Source: Nitrosopumilus sp. (GTDB taxonomy: Archaea; Thermoproteota; Nitrososphaeria; Nitrososphaerales; Nitrosopumilaceae). From it: DNA of 64,000 nt. A program made the translations under genes and the position numbers. This document shows, piece by piece, positions 21,607-32,672 of the stretch. The DNA is taken from the NCBI GenBank assembly GCA_963667665.2, contig OY763927.2:768001-832000 (forward strand), given 5' to 3'. The notes below the pieces were generated by a model. It was not told where the DNA came from, made no database searches, and worked only from the letters and a program-made list of their open reading frames with translations. Each line of letters starts with the position of its first letter. Position 1 is the first letter of the stretch.

Positions 21607-22290
21607 ATTTCTTGTTATTTTCTGTAATTATTGTAATGCTTGTACCTTGAATGGCAGGCTCTATTGCAATGATTTTTGATTGTGGTATGTCAGTTAATGA
21701 CTCAAGCGTATTGGTGTCATAAATGACATAACTCTCATCAGGATTTCCATCTATGAATAATTTTTTGATTATAATTGCATCTGTTCCTTGATTCATTACA
21801 TCTATTCGCAATACTGGATTTTCAATAATATCAATTAATTTTAATTGCTCTGAGGCGTATTTTTTCTGCATTTCAACTTTATCATACTGTGAAACACTTT
21901 CAACTTGTAGGGTATACAATACCAAATGTAACAGTAACCATTCCTGCAATTACTATCCATTCAAGTATTTGATTCAAAGTTCTGCCCCTTTGATGCAATC
22001 TGAGATATGATCTTGGTTTGATATTTCAAGAACCATCATTACATCATTTTCAGTAAAATCATCAATTTGAAATTCAATCTCAATGTATGCACCAGGTGCA
22101 ATTGTACCAATAGTCATTTCATTAATCGTAATGACATCATTAAACAAACTAAGGTCATAGTTTTCAATATCATAATCTCCATTGTTTATGGCTATTGCTT
22201 CTGTCCATAAATTATTTTTATCAACTGTATAGATTAATCCATTTTCAAAAACAAGATAATCAACTAAGATATTGAAAAGTATCTCGAATA
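21593..22290 (-). pseudogene. Decayed surface/pilin-like gene fragments
   Basis: N.G...I.I...FIDG and ITENNKKF pilin-like tail; hydrophobic N-terminus lies in another frame; upstream fragment is cut by an IS. Confidence 0.4.
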
Positions 22291-22291
22291 A

Positions 22292-22933
22292 TACACGCGG
22301 TGCTAGAAGAGATCCCGGATGTACATAGTCGTCACACGATGATGATAATGATACAGAATGATCTGTTCAGTGTGCAGATGTTTTGTGTATGCTGATTACT
22401 GCTGTATGATTGCAGGGTCTACAGGTATGATCCGCGGAGGGCGACATGGCCCGTTTTGATTTTTGAGGGCACCTTGCATGTATCCGAACAGTTTGACTAT
22501 GGGCACCTCCCCACTGTGCAACAGCTGCCTGATCCTCTTTTGCAGCTCATCTAACCCCCCCCCCCAAAAAAAAAAAAATATGTCTGCAACTGCGCGCCTT
22601 ATCTTGCTCCATTGTATCTCAGTTGGATTGTGCTGCAGGGTACTGGGAGGCAGAAACCACAAGACGACATCTTGGTGCTTTTGATATATTCGTCCATCTG
22701 TTTGCCGGTGTGGGCTGCCGCGTTGTCAAGTATTACGAACACTCTGCCATACCTGTATCTGAGATACTCCAAAAATGCAATTACGCTCTGGGCATCCGTC
22801 TTTTGATGGAACTGCATATCAAACGTACCCTGTCCCAGCGCCCCTATGATCTTTATGCTCTTTTTTGAAAAATTAATCTGGACCGTGTCCTTTCCGCCTT
22901 TTACACGTATGCCTCGCATCGATGAGGGCGCAT
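22292..22933 (-). mobile_element. IS630-family transposase remnant (5' truncated, frameshifted)
   Basis: VILDNAAAH, LPP...NPTEIQW; GC-richer than flanks. Confidence 0.85.
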
Positions 22934-22959
22934 CCACGGGGATTATAAGGTTTTTAGTG
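22933..22959 (+). repeat. 27-bp direct repeat, copy 1 (tccacggggattataaggtttttagtg)
   Basis: Identical to 23965-23991. Confidence 0.92.
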
Positions 22960-23085
22960 GTTGTTTGAGACCCAAAAAATTTCTAGATTTTGGGTTTTCA
23001 TAATCTCAATAACCATTTTGGGGATGAAAAGGGACGCAGATGAGTATAGAAATTGATTTTAAACATATGTTTAGGATGAAATTCC

Positions 23086-23892
23086 TTGACGAAAAAGAAA
23101 ATCATCATCAGCATATTTGTTGGAATTATTGCAATATTGGGATTAGACGCCTTTGTAATCGAACCCAACATGATCGAAGTTAATGAAATTAATATCTCAA
23201 ATACTGGAACTACAATGAAAATTGGTTTTATTTCTGATTTTCAAAGACAAAATTCTGATCCTGTATTTGTTCAACGTGTTGTAGATATACTAAATGCACA
23301 AGATCTTGATACAGTAATTATTGCAGGTGATTTTATAGATAGAAGTTTAGGTGAATTACCTTCACTGGATCCATTAGGGGAATTAGAAACAAGAAGTGGA
23401 GTATATGGTGTTTTAGGAAATCATGATTATAATGTATATTCTTTGAATCGTAATAATGCTAATTTTGAACTTGCAGAAACTGTAATAGAATATCTTGAAT
23501 CCAATGGTCCAATAGAAATTCTTAGAAATGAGAATGTTGTAATTAATGATGTTGTAATAATCGGTCTTGATTCTTACTGGGCAGGTTTAAGAGATTTAGA
23601 TAAAGCTTTTACAAATACTTCAAATGATTTCAAAATTTTATTTGCACATAATCAAAATGATTTAGAAATTAACAAAGAAATTGCAGATGTGTATTTATTT
23701 GGACACACTCATTGTGGACAAGTTAGACTTCCATATGTTGAATCCATACCAAAAATATTTGGATTTGAAGGGGATTATGACTATAGACATTATATTGTAA
23801 ATGATGCAGATGTCTATACAACATGTGGTTTAACTCCTGCACCAAGATTTTTCAATCCTCCAGAAATTACAATCATAAATTTGTTGGAATAA
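23086..23892 (+). CDS. Membrane-anchored metallophosphoesterase (YkuE-like)
   Basis: SD, GDF, GNHD and GHTH motifs. Confidence 0.88.
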   Translation: MTKKKIIISIFVGIIAILGLDAFVIEPNMIEVNEINISNTGTTMKIGFISDFQRQNSDPVFVQRVVDILNAQDLDTVIIAGDFIDRSLGELPSLDPLGELETRSGVYGVLGNHDYNVYSLNRNNANFELAETVIEYLESNGPIEILRNENVVINDVVIIGLDSYWAGLRDLDKAFTNTSNDFKILFAHNQNDLEINKEIADVYLFGHTHCGQVRLPYVESIPKIFGFEGDYDYRHYIVNDADVYTTCGLTPAPRFFNPPEITIINLLE

Positions 23893-23964
23893 CTGTTTTT
23901 CTTTTAATTGAAAATCAATATTCTATTAATTTAGGCTAAAATGAGCAAAAAGAAAATCCATGTG

Positions 23965-23991
23965 TCCACGGGGATTATAAGGTTTTTAGTG
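23965..23991 (+). repeat. 27-bp direct repeat, copy 2
   Basis: Identical to 22933-22959. Confidence 0.92.
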
Positions 23992-24139
23992 ACTATTTTG
24001 GCACGGTATAAAAATATCAAATACTCTCAATGAACACTTCAAAAGTACCTCTGTTAAGGCATAATCATGTCATTTAAGAGATACAGTTTAACAATTCATT
24101 TAGTTTTACATGGTTTGTAATTGTCACAGTCAAAAATAT

Positions 24140-24754
24140 TTAGTCTATTTTATTCCAATTTAATTTTTCAGCAGTTTCAAGTAAAACACAAGCTAATTTT
24201 CCATTAGGTCTTTCAGCTAATAGCTGCAATTCATTTTTGCATTTGATTTCTTTGATATGAACATTGTTTTCTATTTGTATTTTTAAAGACAATCTAATTA
24301 TTTCAATTTCATTACAATCATTTACAATCTGTGTCACCGTTCTACCAGCAGCCATAGATCCTGAAATAATTTCTATTGCATCAGAATTTCTAACAGGAAT
24401 TACCAAATTATAAAAACAATCTGATTCGGATTGTTTAATTTCTAATCCAGAATGTCCATTAGATTGTTTAGCATGCAAACTAAAACCAAAATCCAAGTTG
24501 GTAGTTCTAGGCATTTCTTTTGGAATTTGTATATGAATAGTGTCAGTGATCACTTTATCAAATACAATTGTTCCTGTTGGTAAAACCCCATTACCCCAAC
24601 TAAGTTTGATATCAGCTACGTTTGAACTGTTTGTGGTTATTGTAAATCCATCTACATCAAAAGATTTTGTTTCTTCAGCATATGCTATAGGAATTAATGT
24701 CACAATTGCTAAAAGAGAAATTATTATTTTATTCATGATTATTTTTTTCATCAT
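24140..24754 (-). CDS. Secreted protein with thaumarchaeal C-terminal module (LK.Q...I.C...G..ACV...AEKL.W)
   Basis: Signal peptide and recognisable Cys-pair module. Confidence 0.7.
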   Translation of the reverse strand: MMKKIIMNKIIISLLAIVTLIPIAYAEETKSFDVDGFTITTNSSNVADIKLSWGNGVLPTGTIVFDKVITDTIHIQIPKEMPRTTNLDFGFSLHAKQSNGHSGLEIKQSESDCFYNLVIPVRNSDAIEIISGSMAAGRTVTQIVNDCNEIEIIRLSLKIQIENNVHIKEIKCKNELQLLAERPNGKLACVLLETAEKLNWNKID

Positions 24755-24794
24755 CAGTATTATTAGTTATTTAGGAATCTAAAGAAAAAAAAGA

Positions 24795-24930
24795 TTAGAA
24801 GCCCCATGTAAGACCACTAAGATAGGTTGTGAATTTATCAGCTTTGACATAAACAGATCCAGTTGAATCATCAGGGTTTTTAGCTACCATAAATCCAAGT
24901 AATTCAGAACCACTTGAATTGAATACGGGA
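24795..24930 (-). pseudogene. C-terminal fragment of a secreted, possibly trypsin-like protein
   Basis: PVFNSSGSELLGFMVA...LTWGF; N-terminal part replaced by the cupin fragment. Confidence 0.35.
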
Positions 24931-25298
24931 ATACGCCAAACGACAATTGGGCAATCATTTGAGTATCCTTCTAATCCTCCAAACATTGATGTTCATTTTA
25001 TTGAGATCTTACCTGGTGCAGAAAGTGGTTGGCATACTCATGACACGCCCTTGGTTGTAACTATTCTACATGGTGAGATTACAATTCATTATTGTAACGA
25101 AGAAATAGAAAATTCTGCAGATAAAGAACAATGTAATGATAAAGGAATTGTCAGAAATTTTCAAGCAGGGGATTCATTTGTTGAGGCAATCAATATAGAA
25201 CATAATGGAGTAAATGATGGAGTGATTCCTGTAAAATGCATGTAATTACGTTGAATCCAGATGAAAACTGGGAAGATATCTATTCTCCAGAGGATTAA
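24930..25298 (+). pseudogene. Cupin-domain gene fragment (5' truncated, frameshift near 25237)
   Basis: PGAESGWHTH, AGD.FVE and H.G.N motifs. Confidence 0.75.
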
Positions 25299-25342
25299 TG
25301 AATGACTAAGATTAAGTGGTTATTTTAGGTACAAAATCATGC

Positions 25343-25545
25343 CAAGTTTTGATTGTAATTAACAAAAATTAGCAATAGAGTTAATGCTAGAATCTTAAAA
25401 TTATCATTGCAATTTCTTAACACTGATTAGCACGTAATGTTTTGCTAGGAATTGATTTTAGTACTTTTTTGTGCGTAACTTTTTTCGTTCCTAGTGCGTA
25501 ATAATTAGAGGTTAGAAATGCTAAATTCTATCAAATTATGCTAAT
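25343..25545 (+). repeat. ~200-bp intergenic repeat, copy A
   Basis: 25436-25485 identical to 26548-26597; TAGCA-N10-TGCTA twice. Confidence 0.9.
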
Positions 25546-25555
25546 GTTATTAATA

Positions 25556-26386
25556 TTACATCAAAATTTCACAGATTTCAATCCATCCACTTTGTTGATC
25601 AAATAGTGCATTTTGAAAGGTTCTTTCTTTTTCCATTGCTTTCATTTCATAATGAGTAAATAATTTTGCATTGATCTTTTTTAGATGTATCTTAATATCT
25701 TCAACATCATATCTTGTAATAGAAGATAGATTAGCATCACGTGAAATTAGATTAAATGGATACTCTGCTATTTCAAGCCATTCATTTGGAATTCTGTTTG
25801 CAGGAAGTAAATACTCTAAAACAACATGATTGTTTTGGTTTTCTGATTTAAACTCACCAATAATTCTCCATAGTTGATCTTCTGACAAATAGTAAGACAA
25901 GCCTTCAATAATTATTAGCGAGGGCATGTTCTTATTCCATCCATGTTTTATCAGATTTGGAATTATTTTATTTGATTCTGACAGATTGAGATCAATACAT
26001 GAAATAGAATCTACAAGTGATAAATGTACATCACGAATCAAATCTCTTTTTACATCCATGTTTTTAGCATCAATTTCAAAAACTCTGTATTTTTTTGAAT
26101 GTGAACATATTTCCAAGGATAATGCATCAAGACCAGCACCAAGAATTACTATCTGTTCAATCTTGTTTTCTAAGATATTATTTTTGGTTAAATCAAGTAT
26201 GCATGATTTTCTGTTCTTGAGAATTTCTGGATAATGTGGCCAAAGTTTTTTGCATTGTTCTAAAATTTCTCGTCCAGAATCTAAATTTAACATGCTAAGA
26301 AATTTCTGAGCAAAATGACTTGTATGAATTTCTCCATTTGTCCACAAAAGAACCAATGCAGAGGTGGAAGAAAGATCTGTCTTCAT
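25556..26386 (-). CDS. Class I SAM methyltransferase (LCM-like)
   Basis: QIVILGAGLD, FEID and EGLSYYL motifs. Confidence 0.85.
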   Translation of the reverse strand: MKTDLSSTSALVLLWTNGEIHTSHFAQKFLSMLNLDSGREILEQCKKLWPHYPEILKNRKSCILDLTKNNILENKIEQIVILGAGLDALSLEICSHSKKYRVFEIDAKNMDVKRDLIRDVHLSLVDSISCIDLNLSESNKIIPNLIKHGWNKNMPSLIIIEGLSYYLSEDQLWRIIGEFKSENQNNHVVLEYLLPANRIPNEWLEIAEYPFNLISRDANLSSITRYDVEDIKIHLKKINAKLFTHYEMKAMEKERTFQNALFDQQSGWIEICEILM

Positions 26387-26464
26387 TCTTGTAAATTACC
26401 TAGTTTAATTCTTAAATTTTTGTTCATATTCATTCTATTTTTAGAATCATGTAATTAATGGTCA

Positions 26465-26650
26465 TAATTTAACAAAAAATTAGCAATAGAGTTAATGCTA
26501 TAATCTTAAAAATCATCATTACAATATTCTAGCACAGACTTACGCACAATGTTTTGCTAGGAATTGATTTTAGTACTTTTTTGTGCGTAACTTTTTTGTT
26601 TTGTTATACGTAAAAAATAAGGTAATGTGTTAGAATCTAGCAGTATTCTA
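26465..26650 (+). repeat. ~200-bp intergenic repeat, copy B
   Basis: Colinear with copy A. Confidence 0.9.
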
Positions 26651-26679
26651 TTATTTTTATAATATGTAATTAAAAAAAT

Positions 26680-28905
26680 CTAACTTAATTCAATTATGTC
26701 CCTTGCTAATGAATCATGATATTCTATTTGTATTACCATGAATCCTTTGAGAATATGTTTTGGTATTTCAATATTGATGTTACCGTATTTGTCATCATAT
26801 GACATTTGCTCATACATTCTTTTACCATCTTGATCAAAAATTGTTAAAAATATAGGTTCACGATATTCTACAAGTTTTGCAATCTTGCCAGTTATTTTTA
26901 CTGTACTATTAATTGCAGATGCATCTATGACAATTTCCGGTGATTGTATAGAGAGATATAATTTTATATTGTTTTTGAATTGTTGAATTGATTCTGTAGC
27001 AGATTGGATTTTTCCACCAGTGAGATCTTGTTTGATTTTATTTATGAGTAATTGAATTTTCCACAATTGTTTTTCAGAACCAGAATTAGTAAATTTCTTT
27101 ACAAAACTTTCTAGACTTTCAAACGTATTTGCTATTTCCATTATTGCAATCTCATCTGAATTAAAGATCATGCTTTGAAGATCATCATCTTGAATTGATA
27201 TTATCTGTGATTCTTTGGCAGAGCCATGATGTATTTCTGCAATATATAATCCAGATTTTATATCACTGTTCCACAAAATTTGAAAGTCACCATATTTTGT
27301 AGTACGTGAATTAAGTTCTACAATTTCATTATTCTGATTAAAAAGATAAAATGAAACCTTATCCCTTGAATTCAAAGAATGTTTGTATACTGCACCTTTG
27401 ATAGTTAGCAGGTTTGAATCAGAGTCATAGAGTATATCCATCATTATTCTGGGATCATGTGGTAAAAACTTCTGACTTGCAAAATCAATAATTTTGTAGA
27501 TTTTTTTATGACCTACCTCAAAATTCCCGTACAGGATGGATGCTTTAGATTCCCGTATTGATTTATGATATTTCTGATAATCTACAGAAGTATGGTTAAT
27601 GTTTAAACTACTCACCAATGTATCTATTTGTGAAATTTGGTTCAGATAGATCTGCTTTTTTTGTGCAGTTGAAATATCGTGTTGCTTGTAAATGGGCGTG
27701 TAATTTCTTATCTCAGGATAAAATCGCTCAAAGTTAATCCATTCCTGTTCTACTGCATCAAGTAATTGTTGTGCATACCTGAAATCATTTAATTCCAAGG
27801 CATTTTTAATGTTAGATACTCGCTTCAGAGTATTTTTTATTTTTGATTCAAATTCTGGCATTTTCTCTAAATGAGATTTGTCGTTTGCTTTATTTTGTAA
27901 TTGAATTACTTTTTGTTCCATCTGATTCTTGTTATCAAGATACAAGCTATATTCTTTGAGATCTGATTTTATCTTTAAATAATTCTGACTTATATTATGT
28001 AAAATTGCCTTTGACTGTACATCATTATCAAACGGATTTGAATTTTTTTCTATCTTTTTTACCATGTTCAAATTTTTGATGTTTTGTTCTATGAGCATAA
28101 GATCTTGAATATTTTCTTGTTTCTTAGCATCATTTTTGAGTGTTGTAATTTTTACTTCCCATTTTGATATTATTTTATCATCTATTTTACCTACTTTTCC
28201 ATGATACTTTGTTGCAATTTTTGTCATATCTGTTATGGATTGAGATTGTGACATTTCCTTTTTGAAATTATCCCATACTGATTTTACATGTGGATCAATT
28301 ATTATGAATACTGGAGAATGTGTATTTTCATTAATTCTTGAATTGTATTTTATTATTTTTCCCATGTTCTCAACATCTGTTTGAAATGATAAGACATCAT
28401 CAACTGTTTTTGATTCTTTTATTTTTGCATGTATTGGTTCCCATATGTAATGCAGGTATATTTTTGAATCCAGAATTTCATTATATCTTAGCATCTGTTT
28501 AATTTTGTTTGAAGAAATCAATATGTCAATTGATTGTTCTAGATATTTTATCTCATTTTGATATGTTGTGATCTGTTTCATTGTTTCTACCTGTCTCAGT
28601 GATGCCCTAAGATCTCTTAATGAATCAATTATTTCTGGATAGTTTTTTTGTTGGTAAATTTCTTCTAATCCATCAATAGAATTTAAGATATTTTTGACTG
28701 TGTATTGTTGTAATTGTGAAGTTGCATTCCAATTACCTTCTACGTCTGCTTTGAATTTATCTTTTAGAATTAGACTCAAAGAATCAATTTGTTCCAACAT
28801 TGCTACATATTGACTTGCATCTGTTGCATAGACGACATTAACTGGGATAAGAGTAACAAATCCAATTAAAAATATTATGATAATAGTAGATTTAGTATAT
28901 CTCAT
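26680..28905 (-). CDS. Large secreted helical protein with two C-terminal beta modules
   Basis: Signal peptide; 741-aa ORF. Confidence 0.7.
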   Translation of the reverse strand: MRYTKSTIIIIFLIGFVTLIPVNVVYATDASQYVAMLEQIDSLSLILKDKFKADVEGNWNATSQLQQYTVKNILNSIDGLEEIYQQKNYPEIIDSLRDLRASLRQVETMKQITTYQNEIKYLEQSIDILISSNKIKQMLRYNEILDSKIYLHYIWEPIHAKIKESKTVDDVLSFQTDVENMGKIIKYNSRINENTHSPVFIIIDPHVKSVWDNFKKEMSQSQSITDMTKIATKYHGKVGKIDDKIISKWEVKITTLKNDAKKQENIQDLMLIEQNIKNLNMVKKIEKNSNPFDNDVQSKAILHNISQNYLKIKSDLKEYSLYLDNKNQMEQKVIQLQNKANDKSHLEKMPEFESKIKNTLKRVSNIKNALELNDFRYAQQLLDAVEQEWINFERFYPEIRNYTPIYKQHDISTAQKKQIYLNQISQIDTLVSSLNINHTSVDYQKYHKSIRESKASILYGNFEVGHKKIYKIIDFASQKFLPHDPRIMMDILYDSDSNLLTIKGAVYKHSLNSRDKVSFYLFNQNNEIVELNSRTTKYGDFQILWNSDIKSGLYIAEIHHGSAKESQIISIQDDDLQSMIFNSDEIAIMEIANTFESLESFVKKFTNSGSEKQLWKIQLLINKIKQDLTGGKIQSATESIQQFKNNIKLYLSIQSPEIVIDASAINSTVKITGKIAKLVEYREPIFLTIFDQDGKRMYEQMSYDDKYGNINIEIPKHILKGFMVIQIEYHDSLARDIIELS

Positions 28906-29140
28906 TTCATGTTTCTAATAGAATGTAAAAACATACAACTTAACGATTACGTAGAAATGATACGGAATGGTTATAACTTTTGATACAAATTTTACAACAT
29001 CTTTAACATCATAACACTCATCATAATGAGTTTTTGTTAAATAATTTATCATGCAAGTAATTTTAATCGCTCGTCACGACATTAAGAGATATCTATAACG
29101 TAGTTGCTTTTTTTCATTATGTCGTGACAAACTTTTCTTA

Positions 29141-29200
29141 TTTCAATTGCAATTAACAAAAGTTAGAATTAATGCTAGAATCATTGAGAACATTTTTCTA
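29141..29200 (+). repeat. Partial, degenerate copy C of the intergenic repeat
   Basis: caattaacaaaa...ttaatgctagaatc matches the start of copy A. Confidence 0.65.
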
Positions 29201-29254
29201 ATTATGTTTAATTACAGTTTGGTTAATATTTCGAAAGATTTGATTTCAGCATAG

Positions 29255-30055
29255 ATGACTACAGTGGACAATACTGCAATAATTTGGTCTGTTGTGATAG
29301 TTATCATTGCTGTAGGATTTACAACTCTAGGCAACACGGCAGAGCAGATTGAATCCAAAATTGTCACACCTACTCCATTTAATGTAAAACTTGATGTTGT
29401 AGAACCATCAATATCATCACAAATAACCGTAAAAACAGGCAAGGAGACATATCTCAAAAATGACAAAATCAAAGTTTCAGGTTTGGTAGATCCTGTATTG
29501 CCTGAGATTCAAGTGACCATGGTGGTTATTTCTCCAGAGGGTAATCTTATTGCAATTGCACAAACGGAACTTGATGATAACAAACAATTTTCTGAAACAA
29601 TTCTTACGAGTGGAGTATTATGGACTAGTGAAGGAGAATACTCTATAGAAATAATTTATGGAAAAACAAACACGGCTCAGATAACTTTTGAGTTTATCAT
29701 GCCAGTTGTTTCTGATTTAGTTGTAGAAAAAGTTGAAATTGAGAATTATGATTTACACTATGATATCACAAGTGGAATGGTTCATGACATTACGCTAGAT
29801 GATAATTGTAACTGCATGAATATAATTATTGATGCACAAGATAACGATGGTGTGTTAGCGTTATACCTGCCAAGAGGATTGATAGATGCAAAAATGAGTA
29901 ATGGTGAAGATGATATGTTTTTTATCTTGATGGATGGCGTTGAAATAGCTTATCAAGAAATTGACAGTACGGATTCAAACCGCACAATTGTAATAAAATT
30001 TGAACAAGGAACATCAGATATAGAAGTCATTGGAATTGATCCAAATTGGAGATAG
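29255..30055 (+). CDS. Thaumarchaeal surface protein of the PEFG-CTERM-associated family, lacking the sorting tail
   Basis: LPRGLIDA...DD.FFIL.DG.E...IEVIG motif. Confidence 0.75.
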   Translation: MTTVDNTAIIWSVVIVIIAVGFTTLGNTAEQIESKIVTPTPFNVKLDVVEPSISSQITVKTGKETYLKNDKIKVSGLVDPVLPEIQVTMVVISPEGNLIAIAQTELDDNKQFSETILTSGVLWTSEGEYSIEIIYGKTNTAQITFEFIMPVVSDLVVEKVEIENYDLHYDITSGMVHDITLDDNCNCMNIIIDAQDNDGVLALYLPRGLIDAKMSNGEDDMFFILMDGVEIAYQEIDSTDSNRTIVIKFEQGTSDIEVIGIDPNWR

Positions 30056-30060
30056 ATGGT

Positions 30061-30280
30061 GTTACCAGAATTTTGTCAAGTTTTAATTACAATTAGCAAA
30101 AAATTAGCAGTCAGACTTAATGCTAGAGTCTTGGAAAAAGTCTAGCAAAATTATAGCACTCAATTACTCGACAACAAAGTGCTACAAACAATTTTAGCAT
30201 TAATTTGTGTGTAATTTTTTTTGTTTCTAGTGCGTAAAAAACAGAGGGTGCAAGTAGGATTCTGTCAAGATATGTCTTGT
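30061..30280 (+). repeat. ~200-bp intergenic repeat, copy D (more diverged)
   Basis: caagtttt..., aaaattagca...ttaatgctag and ctagtgcgtaa shared with copy A. Confidence 0.85.
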
Positions 30281-30296
30281 AATACTAGGTGATTCT

Positions 30297-32338
30297 AGAA
30301 GGAAGGAGTATGCTATACTCCAGAATACATAACAAATTACATTTGTTTGAATACAATTATTCCTCATTTATCCAAATCAAATGCAACATCCATATCAGAA
30401 CTAATCAAAGAGTATGAAAATAACGTCGACGAACTAGAAAAAAAATTTAAAGAAATGAAAATTTTAGATCCAGCTTGTGGTAGTGGAGCATTTTTAGTAA
30501 AAGCAATCGACATATTACTTGAAATTCATAAAGAAATTCAAGATATAAAAGGAAAAAGTGAAAAACATTCAGAAAAACAGTTACAAATTACGCATGAATG
30601 GGATGAAAATAAAGAAGTCAGAGCAATTATTGAAAATAACATCTACGGGGTAGATATTAATCCAGAATCAATAGATATTACAAAATTAAGCTTATTTCTA
30701 AAATTAGCTTCTAACGAAAGAAAGCTGATTGGATTATCTAACAATATCAAAGTTGGGAATAGTCTAGTAGACGATAATACAATCGATTCACATGGTTTTC
30801 TTTATGATAAAGAATTTCCAGAGGTAATGGAACTTGGCAAATTTGATATTATAATTGGAAATCCTCCATACATCAGAGTACAAAGAATCAAACATGAAAT
30901 AATTGATTTTCTTTTAGAAAAATATGAGTGTGCACACAAAAAATTTGATATTTCATTAATGTTTTTTGAAAAAAGTCTAGAATTGATAAATGAAGATGGA
31001 TTAATAGGCTTCATCTCATCATCACAATGGCTTAACACAGATTATGGTGAAAAATTACGTGAGATGTTGTCAAAAGGTTTGATAAAAGAGATCATAGATT
31101 TTGGAAGTTTACCAATTTTTGAAGATGCTTCTACATATCCAGCCATATTCATTCTAAGTAAAGATATTCAGAAGAGATTACAATACAAAAAAATTAAAGA
31201 TCAATCAAAACTTTCCTTAGAAGGAATAACATCATCAAAAGGCATCCCAATGCAATATTCAAAATTTGGGAAAAAATCATGGTCATTTAATGAATTTGAT
31301 TTAATTTCTCACTTAGAAAAAAATAAAATAAATTGGAATTTACTCTCAACTCATGGTAATTTCTATTATGGAACAATTTCGGGTCAAGATGAAGTATTCA
31401 TTGTCAGTATTGACATAGTTCAAGCAAACAATCTGGAACAAAAATTTCTTTTTCCGTATGCATATCAAGGAAGAGAAGTTAAGAAATTTCTAAAAACAAT
31501 TCCATCCGAAATGATTATCTATCCATACAAATCAGATTCAGATGGAAAGGCAATTTTGATGAAAGAGGATGAATTGAAGTCCAAAGCGCCTAACATTCAC
31601 AATTATTTACTCAAACACAAACCAAAGTTACTTGAAAGAAAAGATTCTCGAAAATTTTATGCAAAAGGAGAGAATTGGTTTAAACTTGTTAGACAAGGAA
31701 ATTTTAACTTAATCTATCCAAAAAAACTTTTGATAAAAGGCATAGAAAAAGAATCAGTTGTAGGCTTTTTATCAGAAAATACTGCTTTTAGTGGGGCAAA
31801 TTCACCTGCATTCATACTTGAAAATGAGAAATATGACTGGAAGGTGTTCTTGTGCATTTTAAATTCAACATTAATTTCACAATATCTACAATCAATTTGT
31901 CCTGCAAAATTACACGGATTCTTTAGATTTAACACAAACAGTCTCAACACAATTCCAATACCTGAATATATTAACAAATCCGAGATTCAGGAATTGGAGA
32001 AAACAGCTCAAGAAATAATAGACATAACATCAAAATTCCATTTAAAACAAAGAAAATTCTTTAATAGAGTGTTAGACAATTTTGAATTAGAACAAATTCC
32101 ACAAAAGATTAACAAAATAATAAATATAGATTTTAAAATATTCTTAAACACAATAACAAAAAGTACTAAGAAAAAACTTTCACTAAAAGAACAAGAAGAA
32201 TGGGAAGAATATTTTGAAGATTGTAGAAATGAATTAATAAAATTTGAAGAAAGCATTCGAAAAGACAAATTAAATATAGATGAAATTGTTTTTAGAATTT
32301 ATCATATTTCTAATATCCAAAAAAATATTAAAAAATAA
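30297..32338 (+). pseudogene. Type IIG (Eco57I-like) restriction-modification gene, N-terminal nuclease part missing
   Basis: EGVCYTPEYIT, DPACGSGAFL, GNPPY and TaqI-C-like TRD. Confidence 0.85.
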
Positions 32339-32672
32339 TGAATTTTGAATAGTTTTCAAACAAAAATGATTAAAACAAGGAATCTAAAATAGTATGTAAA
32401 AATGGAAGAGACAACTAGTCTACCTTAACAAATAAATTATTTTGGAACCTAAAAAAGGACATCACAGTAGCAAATTCTTTTAGATTAGATATGATTATTC
32501 CAACATATTTTCTTTTGATTGATCTTCTTCAAACTGTTTAACGCTTTCAGAAATATTATCCCAGCTTAATCCTTTTGATTCTCCAAGTGCCTCGGTAATT
32601 TCTTTCCTACTTGGATTTCCTTTTTTGAATTTTTTCCAGATTTTTTTCTTTTCACTCTCTGATGCCCTGCCT

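Noticed and set aside
22555-22578. C11-A13 homopolymer as a phase-variation switch
   Set aside because: It lies in an already truncated transposase; neutral slippage or a sequencing artefact is more likely.
22933-22959. The 27-mer as a classical Xer dif site or tRNA-derived att
   Set aside because: It does not fit an 11-6-11 palindrome and lacks a TTCRAAT loop; it is kept only as an att-like site of unknown class.
30056-30075. VLPEF read-through giving a PEFG sorting signal for 29255..30055
   Set aside because: It is out of frame, no TM helix follows, and the sequence aligns with the start of repeat copy A.
25343-30280. Canonical integron attC array
   Set aside because: AAC/GTTAG ends are seen in copies A and B only. 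No long attC hairpin is evident, cargo genes face both ways, and I cannot identify the IntI-specific insertion in the integrase.
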